From Octopus sinensis (lineage: Eukaryota), in the NCBI RefSeq assembly GCF_006345805.1, contig NC_042997.1, positions 16,802,001 through 16,866,000 on the forward strand: 64,000 nt of DNA, read 5' to 3'. Below are positions 40,580 to 55,608 of this stretch, piece after piece. The notes beneath the pieces were generated by a model. That model searched no databases, was not told the origin of the DNA, and worked only from the letters and a program-made list of their open reading frames with translations. Position 1 is the stretch's first letter. Each line of letters starts with the position of its first letter. Position numbers and translations under genes: made by a program.

Positions 40580-43074
40580 CTATCAATTTTCGAACTAATG
40601 TCCAAATTTGCATGTTGTACAGTAGGAAAAGTAAACAGATTTATATTTTAATTGAAATAGGAAGGAAAGAGGAAGGAACTACTGATAGCTTAACTTATTC
40701 CATCTTACAAGAAATATCAAAGATAAAAAGTAATGAAGAACAAGTAAAATCTAAAAGAAAAACATACTTCACCACAACCTCCTCCACCAAATACAAAACA
40801 AATGAACAAACAAAACAACATATTAATATATAATACACACTAATATTGACTCAGAAAGTAAAAGAAAAGACGTCTCTTGAATGAAATGTCAATCTGTCAG
40901 ATTAGTTATAAATATATTTCCTTATCAGGTAATTTTCCAGTTGAGGAAGTTTATGAAAATATTGCTTCTTCGACAGAGCTAGGAAGGCTAGATAAAAGGA
41001 AGATAGATATATTTAGAGATAAAGACAGAGAGACACACAGATGTAGTGATAGTGACATAATCAGTAACCAGGCTACAACAGTCAAGTATATCCAAGTAGA
41101 ATTATTTCTACATTTTCTGCCGCCTGTAAAGATTTTGACTGCTACTCATAACTGCTACTTGATCCGGTATTTAACTGACTGGTTGACACTTGTTTGCAAA
41201 GATGCATACCTCTAACCAAAAGTGTTTTAAAAAGAAGAAAAAAAAATGTTTAATGAAGAAAATAATTAAAAAAATATCAAAGAGTAACTAAACAAATATA
41301 ATAGTAATAATTGTAACAACACTAAAACAAAAACACCACAAAAAAAAAACAAAAATCAAAAAAAAAAGAGACAAAGAAACTGAAAAGTGACAACAACATT
41401 TCCAGCAGCGATAAGATGATCCATCAAGTGCCATATTGGAAAGATCTTGATGTAGAATCTATTCAAGCTTTAACTGTTTATATTTTAATGCTAAATTTAT
41501 TAATCAAGATTGTTTCTATAATTATTTATTATTTGTTAATGAAACTGAATGACTTTTTTTCTTTCTTTTGTTATCAAGAAGCTGAGGCCTTAAAATATAT
41601 CAAGAAATATTGAAATGTCTTGTTTTTTGCTTAATATTGAAGAGCTATTTAAGCCACAATATTTACTTCCAAGTATACTTTTACTTGCTGAGACAGAACA
41701 TATAAAACTATCAAAGAATGCTCAGATTTGAAAAAGGCCCTTTCAGGCACACCATATTTATATATTGAGATGTGTTGCTCAAATTAGGTCAGCTTCTATC
41801 TGTTGCTGGTAATATGTAACCCTGTACAACCTATTTTATAGCTGGGTTGTTGGCAACTAAATTATCAACCCTAGTCTTTTTAGTGAGTGAGAAGGGTGTG
41901 TAGGATCCAGCAGGATAAAACTAGTCAGAGGACAGAAGAGCATCTCACAGGGGAAATCAACAGCCAACCATAACCAAAGAGGAGACAAACAGATCCAAGT
42001 TATTTGCTCAATGAAACATGACAAGATGAAGCAGCAAAGTCTGTTAGATCCCTAACTGAATATCTGAAGCCATCATAGACTATAAAGTTGATTAATTGAG
42101 ATTGATGGATTTTCAGAACTGGTTGAGCATTAGAATAAATAATTTGTAGTTTTTTGTATAGTATCTCAAAGCTCTGAGCTCAAATCTTACTGAGGCTCAA
42201 TTTATCATTTATCTTTTGTGACTTTTAGAATTGAGAATATAAGTAGAAGTAATATATTGTAGTCAATATATCTTATCAACCTCGTTTACCTTTTGTACAT
42301 ATTCTAAAGAAATCTGTAACTGGTGTATTATGATTAAAATCCCATTGCCTGTAATATTCATTTACACTGAGTTTACAATCAGAAATGCAGTGAATCAGTG
42401 ACTGGTCAATTGAAAGCCTGTAGCCAAGAACACTATTGTTCTCCATTTTATGATATGAAAAAATAAAATAAAAAATACTGAAACCATATATACATAAAAT
42501 TGGCTTATGTTGGTTTGGTTATATAATATCAATAAATGATAGATGTTAGGTCAAAAAGCATGATAAATTGATGGTAGTTAGTTGTATCAGTGCAGTGGAG
42601 GCAGAAATATGAAAAATGTTGATAGAAATCAGTTAAGTCAGATGTGAAAATATTAGGCTTTGTGGATAAGATAAAAGAAAACTGAAATATGTGGCAAGTT
42701 ACCCTATTGAAAGCTTATCTAATCCACACCAGCATGAAAAATATATCTTAAAATAATGATCATTCTTTTTCCTATTGACATTTATAAGCACAAGCAGAGC
42801 CATGTGGTTAAGAAGGTTGCTTCACAATAACATGGTCCCAGGTTCAATTCAATGAGAGTTTAAGCAAGTGTCTTCCACAACAGCTTGAAGTTGACCAGTG
42901 TTTTTTAGGTGTAATTTGGCAGATAACTATGGCGAAGTGTGTGTATGCACACACACATGCATGCACATATGTGTATGTACATACATATGCACATCAATAT
43001 GATCGTCACCTTTTAACATCAATCTTCCAATACCATTCTGAATGACAAATACATATATATATATATAAATATAT

Positions 43075-43297
43075 CTTTTATCTTTTACTTGTTTCAGTCA
43101 TTAGACTGTGGCCATGCTGGGGCACTACACTGAAGAATTTTAGTTGAGTAAATTGATCCCAGTATTTATTATTTTTTAATCCTGGTATTTATTCTATAAT
43201 TCTCTTTTGCTGAACCACTGTGAAATTATGGGGGGACATAAACATACCAACACCAGTTATCAAGCAGTGGTGGGGCACAAACATAGATACACACACA

Positions 43298-43341
<44 letters not shown>

Positions 43342-43498
43342 ACAATGAGCTTTCAGTTTCCATGCACCAGATCCACTCACAAGGCATTGTTTGGCCCAAG
43401 GCTATAGTAGAAGACGTTTTACCCAAGATGCTATGCAGCAGGACTGAACGTGGAACCATGTGGTGGGGAAGCAAACTTCTTACCACACAGCCATGCCA
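43075..43498 (-). mobile_element. tRNA-headed SINE, alternative-tail subfamily
   Basis: Same head as 22607-23083 and an internal microsatellite, but the tail ends ..cagcatggccacagtctaatgactgaaacaagtaaaaga; sister copy at 62933-63266. Confidence 0.8.
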
Positions 43499-46400
43499 AG
43501 AGAGAGAGAACATATATAAATAACAAGAGTACAATTACTGGGCAAAGAGGCAAACTAACAAACAAGTAAGGCAAGCCAATGCTTGTTCTTGAAAAGACTT
43601 AGACATATAAAACGGAAAAAAAAATAAAGACATATTGCAGGATGAATAAAATATAACAGAATCAGACGAGAATATAACATTTCAGGTGAGACTCTTTATC
43701 AAAGAGGTAGAATACACACACACGAACGTGTGCATGTGTTTGTGTCTGGTCCATGTCTGTTTTAGTTTACACTGGTTTTAATGAGCAGTGTTGTTTATGC
43801 TGTGTCCTTTGTATCCTGTAACCCAGTGCATTGACAAATAGACGTCACTAAATTAAGCACCAGACTGAAATAAGTACTTGTATTGATGCGATTGACTAAA
43901 AACTCTTAAAGCCTTAAATTTAAGGCCACATTCCAGTGACTGAAACTAGTAAAAAAGAATAAAAAGAAATTGAAAATTGAAGATTTAGTTGAAGGATGAT
44001 TTAAAAAACTTTTCTTGTATATTTGATTTGATGCTGCATAAAGTTATTCTAAATTTATCTTCTGAAGACATGAGAAAATAATAAATGTAGATAAAAAAAT
44101 ATTGTTAAATCATTATTTGTTGAGGATTTATATAAAACTTTCTTCTTCCGACATATTTTGGGACATGTATGAATGTATGTATGTATGAGAGAGAGAGAGA
44201 GGTAGGGAGGGAGGGAGAAAAAGAGAGAGAGGGAGGGAGGGAGGGAGGGATGGAGAAAGAGAGAGAGAGAGAGCAGACTATATTTTACATAGGGTTACAA
44301 AGTACTGAGGAAAGAGCAAGAGGTATGAATAGAATAAATTATAGTAACTTCATATTTCTGACCTTTCAGTCTAGCTTCCGTGGTCTTTGAATAAATCTAA
44401 TTAGTATGAACTTCTTATTCTGAGAATCACATATTCATGTATGAACACAGGGGTATAGATGAATCTGCATTCATATTTTTCACACACATACACAGATATG
44501 TGTGGGTATATCTTTGGATATATCTGTATCTTTATATACGTATGTATGCATATGTATATATACATATGTATGTGAATATGTATAAGGACTAACACCAACA
44601 TGGAATTTTATTTAAAACAAATGTAAAAAAGAGCAAGGAGGTAGACAAGCTATAATATTAACAGATGAGAACTCTCATGGATAAACATGCATACTTATAT
44701 GCACACAATTACACATACACACAGTCTATAGATACTGTTACTTACACTAACTGAATCATGAAAAGTTATATAAGTTAAATTTGAAGAAAAGCAAAGTGCT
44801 AACCATTATCTGACATGTTACACTCTTTGCTTTTCTATTAACAACTTTAAAATGATATTTCTGTCAGTCACCAGTAATTTATTTTTGTGGAACAGCTCAA
44901 AAGGGGGCTACTACCATAACAAGGTACATGAGAAAGGTCAACAGTGCATTTACTTGTCCATTTAATTGGCTTATATTGATTACATTGACATATAGATAAA
45001 TCTAACGCCTTGTCTGTGAACTGACGATGAATTGTTGGTGCATGGAGGCATTATGAATCCATGCATGGGAAAAAATGTTTTGCTATATTCACCAATGATT
45101 GCATTACTGTCTATAATGATTAAGAATAAATTTTATGGGAACCTACAGTGTGAGAATGTGTGTATCCCATCCCAAATGATTTGAAATCTCACATCTATTC
45201 TCATATTTCAATACATTATCAAAAGTGCTTAATTATAAACTTACAGTAACAGATTAAGCTTATCTATAGGAGAATTTGTGGTAACATGTTAAACTATTAA
45301 CTAAATTAATCGGGTAAATAGATAATGAATGTAGAATCTTGGCTCCTATTGAAAATGCCTTGCTACTTCTTTTTAGTCAGTTCTTCTAAGTCAAAAAAAT
45401 ATTGAAAATACACAGAAAAATTGAAGGAGAATATCAAATATATCTCAAATTTTTTGGAATCATTTCTAAAGTATACTTGTAGTTTATTTTACACTGCAAT
45501 GGGAACTAAGGGATATGTGAATTAGATGTCAGGATTTGGATTTGTACATTGGAACATAATTATCCATTCTCTTCTTTTATAAATATAATAGGCTGTGATT
45601 TAAGGGAAACAAAACTTCTAATTCCAGTAAGTTCAACAACCATGTAGTGGTTTTATTATTGACTTTTTTAAATAGAAGTTTAAATTTATACTGTAGAACA
45701 GTTATTGCTTATCTCCAAGTCAGCCCTGATCAATCAGACCTATGACCAAAGATGTTCCAACTATTTTTTATATTTTTTAGACTTAGTGTATATGAGATTA
45801 ATTACTCTAATGTGTTCATTTTCAAGACAGTTATAAAGATTTAGTTGCTATTTCTACTTGGTCAAGGAACTATGGTGTAGTCACTTTCCTTGGATGATAT
45901 TATGTAACTGGAGAAGATTTTAAGCTTTATGAGACTCAATTTATCAACTAACACTATAAGTACCATGAGTAAACTATTATAGGTAGATAAGTTTTATTGC
46001 CAGTTTACTTAATATTAAAGAAACCAGAAAATCATCTGTATTGCCAAGACTGAACTCAAATTTGAATTTGTGGAATAATCAAATGAAAGACTGCATTGTG
46101 ATTCAGTGTCTACTTTGGCATGATTTCTACAGCTGGATGCCCTTCCTAGTACCAGCTCTTTTACAGTGTGTACTGGTTGATTTTCTCATGCAGCTGTTAC
46201 AAATGAGGTTGTCATGTAGCTTGTAAAGCTATGAAACCCAAGGGTGGTGGACCTTTTAGCTGGAAAATAAGGGTTAAGGTATGAGAGAAAGGGTTGTGGT
46301 AGAACAGGTTTTTGTAGAGGAGCTACATGGCTACTCACATTTAGCAGTGAGTGAGAATGAATCAGTAGTAGCTGTGAAGAGATAGTGGTGATGAGCTGTT

Positions 46401-47193
46401 CAGATGGCGCCTCAAGGTACAAGGTAAGTAGGGACAGAGAAACTCAGTGTGTAAGTGGTGGGGATTTGCAAAATGTGCATAAAGTGTAGTGCCATCTCTA
46501 GTCACTATTTATAACATTTCTTCTCTTATTTCATTTAAAAACAATTTAACATACAGCATAATATAGAATTATATTATATAATAATTTTTTTCTTTACTGC
46601 CAACTTAAAATTTGATTTCTTGCCTGTGTTTTTGACAGTGAAAATGTACACTATACCGATAAGACATCCATATTTAACGACAATATAATTTTATCTACTC
46701 ACAGAGGTTGGGATTACTGGTGCCAAACTTCAATATGTCTATAACAACTTGTCATATAATTTTACTGTAGTGAATTTTATTTTACCACACATTGCTTTCC
46801 TTACTTAAATGTGTCTATATCTTTTGATGTAGTTCCATTCTATACTGAATGTGTCAAAAGTTTGACATTTTATTGCAAAGAATTTGGGTTAAAATTATAT
46901 TAAATTTTCCATTAAGCAAATGATAGTAAAAGTACATTATGAAATTCAAATGTTAGTTCACAAGATAGCCGAATTAAAGATGAATTTTTAAGAACTGAAA
47001 TGTCATGAAAATCAGAATAAAAGAATATTTTTACCTTTTTTTTTTTGTCAAACAATAGTAACAATCCATATTTTTGAAAGACTGAATATTAAATTAGTAA
47101 AAAAACAACAAGACAAAACAAAATAACTGTGACTATAACAGACGCTAAACGATGATGATGATGATGATGATGATATATATATATGTATATTTA

Positions 47194-47245
<52 letters not shown>

Positions 47246-47534
47246 CGCACATATAAATATGTATGTATCACAAATGATATTTTTTTCTCACTCTCAAACT
47301 GATGAAGAATAAGGATGCATAATATATTATGAAATTGTGTATGTGATGAGAAATGGCAAATGAGGAATCTGTGAAGAGCAGAGAAGGGGTGAAATATGGA
47401 ATGTAGCAAGAAATAAAGAGATGTGGAATTAAATATACATTCTTAAAGAGAAGAGTAGAAACTGTTAGAGAGGAAGAGAAGGAGAGAAAGAGACGGGAAA
47501 GAGAGATAGTGTGTGTGGATGCATGCATATGCAT

Positions 47535-47567
47535 GTGTGAGAGAGTGAGGGAAGGAGAGAAAGAGAA

Positions 47568-47621
<54 letters not shown>
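47535..47621. repeat. (GA)n microsatellite
   Basis: Directly visible. Confidence 0.9.
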
Positions 47622-47624
<3 letters not shown>

Positions 47625-49914
47625 ACTGATGTTTTTCAAGTCTGTCCTATTTGACAAAATAAGAAAAGGATATTGGTTCTGTCCCATAGTGTGGTGAATG
47701 TCTTCTAGTGAAAGCCCAAGTTAACCAATACCTTGTAAGTGAATTTGGGAGAAACCTGCCATACATTTATAGAAAAGGTAGTAGGATAGGATTCAAGGAA
47801 AATTTTGATGATATTTCTATGAAGTTGAGTAACTGTTTAGAGGTTGTTACTGAGGAGAAATTTGTAATTCAAGGGATCTTCACTGTGACTTTACATTTTG
47901 TAATGTTGCAAGAAGTAAAACAATGCACAGCGGTTTGTTACTGTTGTCATTTAGCACTAGGCCTGCTCAGTTTCCATAAAAGTTTAATGTAGGTGGGCAG
48001 TACTGGTGTATACAAATACTTGGGGAAAAAAAAGGACATACTGAATGGGACAATATAAGAAAATACAGTTAATAAACCACTCCACAAAATTAGTTTCTGT
48101 TTGATGAAAATGATCTGCTTCATTTTTTCGTTTTTTGTTATTGCTGTTTTACAAAACATGAGGAGGTGGAATACAAACACCATTCAGTAAAAGTGGGCAT
48201 TGGGATGATCATGATCAATATCATATAATTGCTACTGGTTTGATGATAATATGCATTTATCCTCATCATAGCAAATGTCACTTTAAATGCAGCTTTCTTG
48301 TTGGTTAGTAATGTTATGATAACAGGTTTGAATGTAATCAAGTTGGATGGGCAAAGAGAATGCAAAACCAAAATATATCTTGGCACAACTCAAGTGGTGT
48401 ACTTTCAGACAGAAATATAGACACATACTATATTACACACAGATACACACATGCACGCATGCACACACACACACACGCATGCACACACACACACATGCAT
48501 GCACACACACACACACATAGACACACACAAAAGCCCGCATTCATGCACACCTATTCAAAGAAAGCAAAATTAAAGCTAGTCTTGGAAGTGTCAGTTGTCA
48601 AAATTAAATTCACCCTACAGAAATTATGGCTAATTAGAAGTCAAAATCATTATTGCTAATTAATTAAGAATAGATGTGAGGTATATGTAATTCCCTAAGG
48701 CATATTGATTTGTACACACACACTCACACACACATGCTCAAAAATGTTAAATATAGTAACAAGAAACTTAAAGTAGCTTGAAGACAGTATGTACATAAAG
48801 AGTTATAATGTGCTGGTGTATGTAATAATTCTATTAGAATGTCTATTTGATAAATAAGATTTGTCTTGAGAAAAATATTTTGTTGTCATTTGTTAATTCC
48901 TTTAACATTCATTTTCTATTAATTTTTATACCTATTGTTCATGGTAGTATGAGTTAGGCAAATATATTATTGAAGCATTGTTTTACAGATGGATGTTCTT
49001 CCAGTCGCTCATCTTTTCTTGTTTTTTTTTGTTTTTTTCAAATTAATAATCTCTTCTTTTCCTCTCCATTCTTAAAGGTGCAAACCCAATGGAAGACTTG
49101 TTGACAAAATATAACAATATCACTGTAGGTAACTTATGATCTTTTGAGAAGAACTGATGTGAACTAACACAGACACACTCATACATCCATGCATTGAGAG
49201 TGTGATGATTTTTGGCAAGGTGATGAGAGGAAGCGAGAGAAGAAAGAGAGAGAGAGAAGTATGATGAGAGGGACAGCATTGTAGTTGTGAGAGTTTAGTA
49301 GTTGAGAGAGTACTACCCCACTATTGGGGTAGGAAATATGGAAGGAAGAAGTTAGTGTTAGTGTTTAATGAAACACAGAGTGGTAAGAATGAGGTGGATT
49401 GTGTAGAAAAGGTCCAGGTCTATTCTACATTGTAAGGGTGAGTATGGATGGAAGGTGTGAGGGAAAGCAAACATGAAAGAGAGAAACAGATGAGGGGAGC
49501 AAGAATCCAGAGACAGTCACTGAAAGTGAGTTCTGAGAGTCATGTGAGGTAGGCCTGAGAAATGAAAATGTTGAGGTAGCAGAGAGGCTGTGAGGAGAGG
49601 AAAGTGAGAGAAAATGAGGAAATGAAGGAGAGATGAATGGTAGTGGACAAGCAAGTGAGCATCACAGTGGCAAAATAAGAGATATGAATGATTGTGTGTG
49701 TGTGTGTGTGTGTGTGTTGTGTGTGTGTGTGTGTGTACGCACGCACACGTGCGAATGTGTGTGTGTGTGTGTCTGTGTGTATGTGTGCACGTGCACATGC
49801 ATGTTTGTATATGTCTGTACAGAGAAGAGATATTTTGTGTTCTAAACTGCAAAGTATATCAACTTAGTAAAACAAACAATGAAATGAAAATGATGCATAT
49901 GCACGCACACTCAC

Positions 49915-49952
<38 letters not shown>

Positions 49953-51555
49953 ACACGCACACACATTTCATCATCATCATTTATACTTATCTTTTATGTT
50001 GGCATGCACAGGATGATTTGACAGGAGCTAGTAAGTTAGAGGATTATGTTTTGCTCCATTGTCTCATTTTTAGTATAATTTCTATGACCAGATGCCCTTC
50101 CTAACATGAGTCACTATAGATGGTATACTGGGTGCCTAATAGAAGTTGCTTTACCATCAGTAAGATTAAAAAGCCCAATACTTGAATCAATTATCGATCA
50201 CAATGTGTACTGAGTACTTTTTGTAGAACCAACATTGTTGAAGCCACCTTGAAGCTTGCAAAGTAAAAGAGAGCCTCCTTGATGGATGGAACAGGTTTAC
50301 TGTGAAAGGATAGTAATACAGAGAAATACAGAGATTAAGAGAGAGAATAGTGTTGCAGTGGGAGTAATAGAAAGAGAAGAGAGTAATATCAGAAATTAGT
50401 GTGAAGGAGAAAGAGACAAATGGTATTGGTAATAGGATTGGTTGAGTAGATGGACCTAGTTATGGGGTGAGCCAGTTCATATGCCATGTTAGCATGGGCT
50501 GTTTGGTCCTAAGAGAGTTCTTATAGGAGTTACATAGATTCATAGTTGTGAGAGAGTGGTAGGAGAGAGATTAGTAGCAACAGAGTTAGGGAAGGAGCTA
50601 ATAGGAGTGAAAGCGAAAAGTAGTGTCTGGGGATTCGTGAGAGAGAGAGAGAGAGAGAGAGAGAGTTAGGAGAGTGATAGAATGTAATGACTTTCAGAAT
50701 GTTATCTTGCTGACATATTCTCATATGGATTAGTTTGGAGAAAGGACAGTGCCCATTTTATTTACAGGCCTTCAAGACCGGTCAGCTTAATACATATCAT
50801 TTGTTTATATTTTGATTTCAGTGAGAAAAAACTCATGTAGGACAGGATTCCAGTAAGTTGGCATTCTGTGGAGAAAGGTCAGGTTGAAATGGTTGGAACA
50901 GCACTTAGGCTCTAGGACACAGTAAGCAAGATATGAATTACAGAGACAGGTGTGTCAGTGATTGGGTCATGCAATTTACTTGTGGTAGTTATAGAACAAG
51001 TATTTTTATCAACCAATTAGCTGGTTGCATTTTGGGTTAAATCAAGGATGTTCATATGCAACCCAGTACTCCAAGTTGCAACACATCACCACTAGAACTT
51101 TGAGGCATTTGAAAGCTTTTAGTAAAAATAATGAAATAAAAGTGTTTCTTATATTTTTTCAATTCTATTTTTATTGGTAAAGAAGGAAAGAATAGATTGA
51201 TTTATTTTCATTAAAACATTTACAAATTTCTTCAGGTCTATTTTTTTATCATTACTTCATTGTTTAATTGATTTAAACCATTCTGATTGCAGTTCAGCTG
51301 GAGTACCACAGAATATATATTCTGTATATTGATTACTATTACTTTGAAAAAAAAAAGACCAACAAAAAATCAGATATATTCAGTACTTTTTAAAAATTTT
51401 TTCTCTTTTGTTTGTTTTTGTTTTGTTTTCAGACAATAGAAAATTAAATCTGCTTCTTAATCTATTTATAGAAAAGAAACTGGAAAATTATTTTTTGCCT
51501 CAGAGTATAAAAACAAAGTATATTTCTCAAATATTAATTATTGATGCATCAAACA

Positions 51556-51591
<36 letters not shown>

Positions 51592-51606
51592 ATTTTTGTG
51601 TGTATA

Positions 51607-51845
51607 TCATCATCATCATCATCATCATCATCCTTTAATGTCCATTGTCCATGCTGGCATGGGTTGGATGGCTTGACTGGAGCTGGCATGTTGGAAGGCT
51701 GCACCAGACTACAGTCTGATTTGGCATGGTTTTCTATGGCTGGATGCTCTTCCTAACACCAACCATTCTCAGAGTGTAATGGGTGCTTTTACTTGCCACC
51801 AGCACAGGTGCCATTTACATGACACCAGTATCTTGCACGATTGCG
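51607..51845 (-). mobile_element. RTE LINE 3' end (severely truncated copy)
   Basis: (cat)n-tttaatgtccattgtccatgctggcatgggttggatgg..ctgcaccagact..ctggatgctcttcctaac is the reverse complement of 11050-11233. Confidence 0.85.
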
Positions 51846-51850
51846 ATATA

Positions 51851-51892
<42 letters not shown>

Positions 51893-52261
51893 TGCGCACA
51901 CACACAGCTTATTTATACACAGTATATGAGAGTTTTGCAATGTCACAGACTGCTTAGTCAGTGTTAAACCATATTAGAGTGATGAATTTTTGATCTGGTA
52001 TTTGATAGTAGGGTGTCTGCTGCTGAGAAAATGCAAGTTACACTGAAATCACATGATACAACGGTCCCATCCATTGGTTCTGATGAAATTTCATCTGCTA
52101 TATAGCACTTGAAGTCTAAATGAGATGATTTCTCAGGACAATTACCACACAAATGACATTTAAAACAACACAACGAACACAAATTGGATGAGTAAATTAA
52201 TATGTATATATATATATATATCTTTACTCACATGCATATATACATACATACACACACACAT

Positions 52262-52590
52262 ATCATCATCATCATCTAATGTCTGCTGTCCATGCTGGCA
52301 TGAATTGGACAGTTTGACCAGAGCTGGTAAGCTGAGGAGCTGCACCAGACTCCAGTCTGATCTAGCATGATTTCTATGGCTAGATGCCCTTCCTAATGCC
52401 AACCACTTTCAGAGTGTAATGGGTGCTTTTATGTGACACTGGCATAAGTGCCAGTTGCATGACACCAGTATCTGCTACAACTATGATTTCACTCAGCTTC
52501 ATGGATCTTCCTTCTCAAGCACAACATATTGCCAAAGGTCTCAGTCATTTATCATTGTCTCTGTGATACCCAGTGCTCAAAAGGTGCTTT
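52262..52590 (-). mobile_element. RTE LINE 3' end
   Basis: Same 3' UTR, extending into the ORF-terminal region (tcttctcaagcac-like, caaaggtctcagtca). Confidence 0.85.
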
Positions 52591-53163
52591 TTATAGTTCT
52601 TTTTACGGTGCTCTCAAATATATATATATATAGATAGATAGATAGACATAAAATAGTGTACATTTAAACATAAGAGAAAACTGCCTTCAACAGGCAGTTT
52701 TTACACTCTAGAAAAAGTAGTCAAAATGACCAAAACCACATTTTAAGAGCAATCTTCAAAAGGAATGAAAAAGATAGATCGATAGATAGATAGATAGATA
52801 TGGGTATATATGCATATACATATATGTATGTGTGTGTGTGTATATGTATATACATACATATATACATATATATATATATACACACACAAACACACACATA
52901 CATATAGATATTTATACACATAGAGGCAGTTTTGTGGATAAACAAATTAAATATGTTAAATATAACAGCTTGGGTATAAAATGCAAAATAAGTATTTATG
53001 TATACATGCAAAATGAGAGAAAGCAGAGAATGGAGACTTTCAGATGATGAATATTTGAGTATAAATATTTATTTAGATATTTGTATTAATAGATACAACT
53101 TTCACAGAGATATGCATATATATATATTCGTATGCATACAGATATGTGTGTATATATGTATAT

Positions 53164-53196
<33 letters not shown>

Positions 53197-53231
53197 CACA
53201 CATAGCTATAGACATGTGTGTGTGCATGTAT

Positions 53232-53275
<44 letters not shown>

Positions 53276-55532
53276 GTGCACACACTACACACACATATAC
53301 ACACAGCATGTATAAAGTTTTATAAACTTCCTCCACTTGCCTTTTCTCACTAATTTTGCTTTTTTCAAATGTGAAGATACAAATCTTTTGAGTATTATTT
53401 AACACAAGAATTGAATTAATTAACAATTTTGTGAAGCAAATGTAATTAAAGATAAAAGATAATATAACAATATATTGAAAAAGTGAAACAAAAACAAAAG
53501 AAAAACAAATAAGATATCTAAAAACAACCAAAAATGGCAATAAAATCATTAATTAGTTCATAAATATAAGTAAATTTGCTTGTATTCTTGTAAATGTCTC
53601 AATTGAAATGAAACTTTAGTTCAATATGTATTTTGAGGCAATGTGTAAGAAGAGTGATATTCAACTTTTCAGAATAAAATCTATTTTCCGTTATCATGAA
53701 TATGGATGGATTATTTAAACTTAAAATATGATGTTTTAAAGACAAATCTACTTATTCTAATTGTACTAACCGTAATGTGGTGTACTGATACTTCTAGTTT
53801 TTGTAGCCTTAAGTGGAAGTGAGACAATCTCTCTCTACATAAGAGTACTGCTTATTTCACAAATAGGTTTTCCTATAACAAAAGTTGAACTCAGCCCTAC
53901 AAGCTAATGATTCACTCATTATGTCAGCATTGCTGCCTGACTTAGTGAGCTGTTTCTATCATATGGTATGTATTTACAATGTGGACTAGGCCATGTGGGA
54001 CTTACGTATCCTGGCATGCAATAGAATACCGTGTACAGGACAGGATTCAAAGTTGCAACCTCAAGTCTGATCATCTTCTACCACTCTTCCAGTTTTGCTC
54101 TTTATTCTTATCAATGTATCTACTACTAGTCCTAAGCTTCTTTATATTAAGAACTTTCCATCATAGCATCCAATTACAGTTTTTCTCTAATACTTCAAGA
54201 TGCAAGTCTTTTACCATAGCCTTGGTTTGACTAAAACCTGGTGAGTGAAATTTGGTAAACAAAGTGTGTGGAACTCCATCAGTGGGAAATTTCCCATTCT
54301 TGGTTGGTAGGCTTAATCTATTTCTCATTTTAACACCCATTTTCATTGGGTGTCTTTAGTGAATTCCACTCTGATTCAAGCATTTAAACAGGTCCCTAAT
54401 CTGAAGATAATTTCTTCTTTTCTTCACACCCATCTTAGAGGCCATGGAAAGAGTCATAAGTGTTGGCCTTCCTCAAATGAATAAGTCTTAAAATGTTTCT
54501 AAAATGCATCTTGTATCAATGCCAGTCATAGATTGATACCAAACTCTAGCGAGAAGAATGTGGTAGATAGAAACTTTGAAATAACGCATCAGAGGGTTCA
54601 TTTCTATTCTTGAGTGGTAGATGGATTTAATTTGTTGTCCACTTTAACACCATCATCTGACCTTTGAGTGCATTTCATAGTACCTGCTCTGTTACTGTTC
54701 CAGACCAGATCTCTGGTCTGAGAACAACTTCTTACTACCACACCCTATGAAGAGAACCATTGGCTTCACTTCTCTTCCTCTGACTATGCAAAAAGAGAAT
54801 AAACTTCCTTATCTTTCTTTTTGCTAAAATACTTTTTCCTTTCCTTCTGTCTTTACAGAATGAAATAAAGTAGTAAAATTAATACAACCTCAGTCAGTTC
54901 ATACCAATAGTACAAGTTAAAATTGTATAAACAAATATTAAGGACGTTATAGTTCAATATGAGCATTAAGAACTCTTTTGTTGAAATGAAAAATAAAATT
55001 CAATAAATGCTTAAAGATCACATAATAAATTTGATTCCATCAAACTCAAATTTGCTCCACTAACAAAAATTAATATTGACTTTTGTCAAGATGATTCTCT
55101 CTCTTGAAATGATAAAGAAGAACCAATGAACTAACAGTCTGAAGAAAATATATATAAAAATAAAACACAGTTCTTAGATTCATATGAGTTGAAATTTATT
55201 CAGATGTGGATCACAGTATAATTACAGTTGAAAAAAATCTTCAGCCTAGTATATAGTGCTTAAGGGGATTTCCATCTTTTCCTGTTGCTTAGCTGGAAGA
55301 GTAGAAAGAAAACTACTCTAGATAGTGAAGAACAACTGTTTCTTCAGAGTCAGCATCAATTTCTATTCTTTTGTTGTAAATAAATTCACAACCCTCCAAT
55401 CATGTCATTGTCCTGATGCTGCTGCTAATCTTGCAAATATGGACATGAAAGGTTGTGTCACTGCTTATTACAGTCCTCATGTATTGAACTGATTCTGAGA
55501 ATGCAGTCTTTTAATTCTATGTGTCTTGACTG

Positions 55533-55533
<1 letters not shown>

Positions 55534-55592
<59 letters not shown>

Positions 55593-55608
55593 ATACGTGT
55601 GTGTGTGT
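55534..55608. repeat. (TG)n microsatellite
   Basis: Directly visible. Confidence 0.95.

Noticed and set aside
40877-41215. 112-aa plus-strand ORF in unique sequence; possible miRNA
   Set aside because: No recognisable domain, a non-ATG start, and no match to conserved miRNAs that I can recall.
43440-43498. tRNA-like sequences (also near 3120-3180, 23020-23083, 63205-63266)
   Set aside because: These are SINE heads with A/B boxes but no full cloverleaf.
50400-51000. Possible eroded Penelope GIY-YIG (NHFNL-like on the minus strand)
   Set aside because: Too degenerate to support by eye.
53950-54790. Non-repetitive, coding-like composition
   Set aside because: Stops in the frames I examined and no diagnostic motif; probably an ancient transposon.
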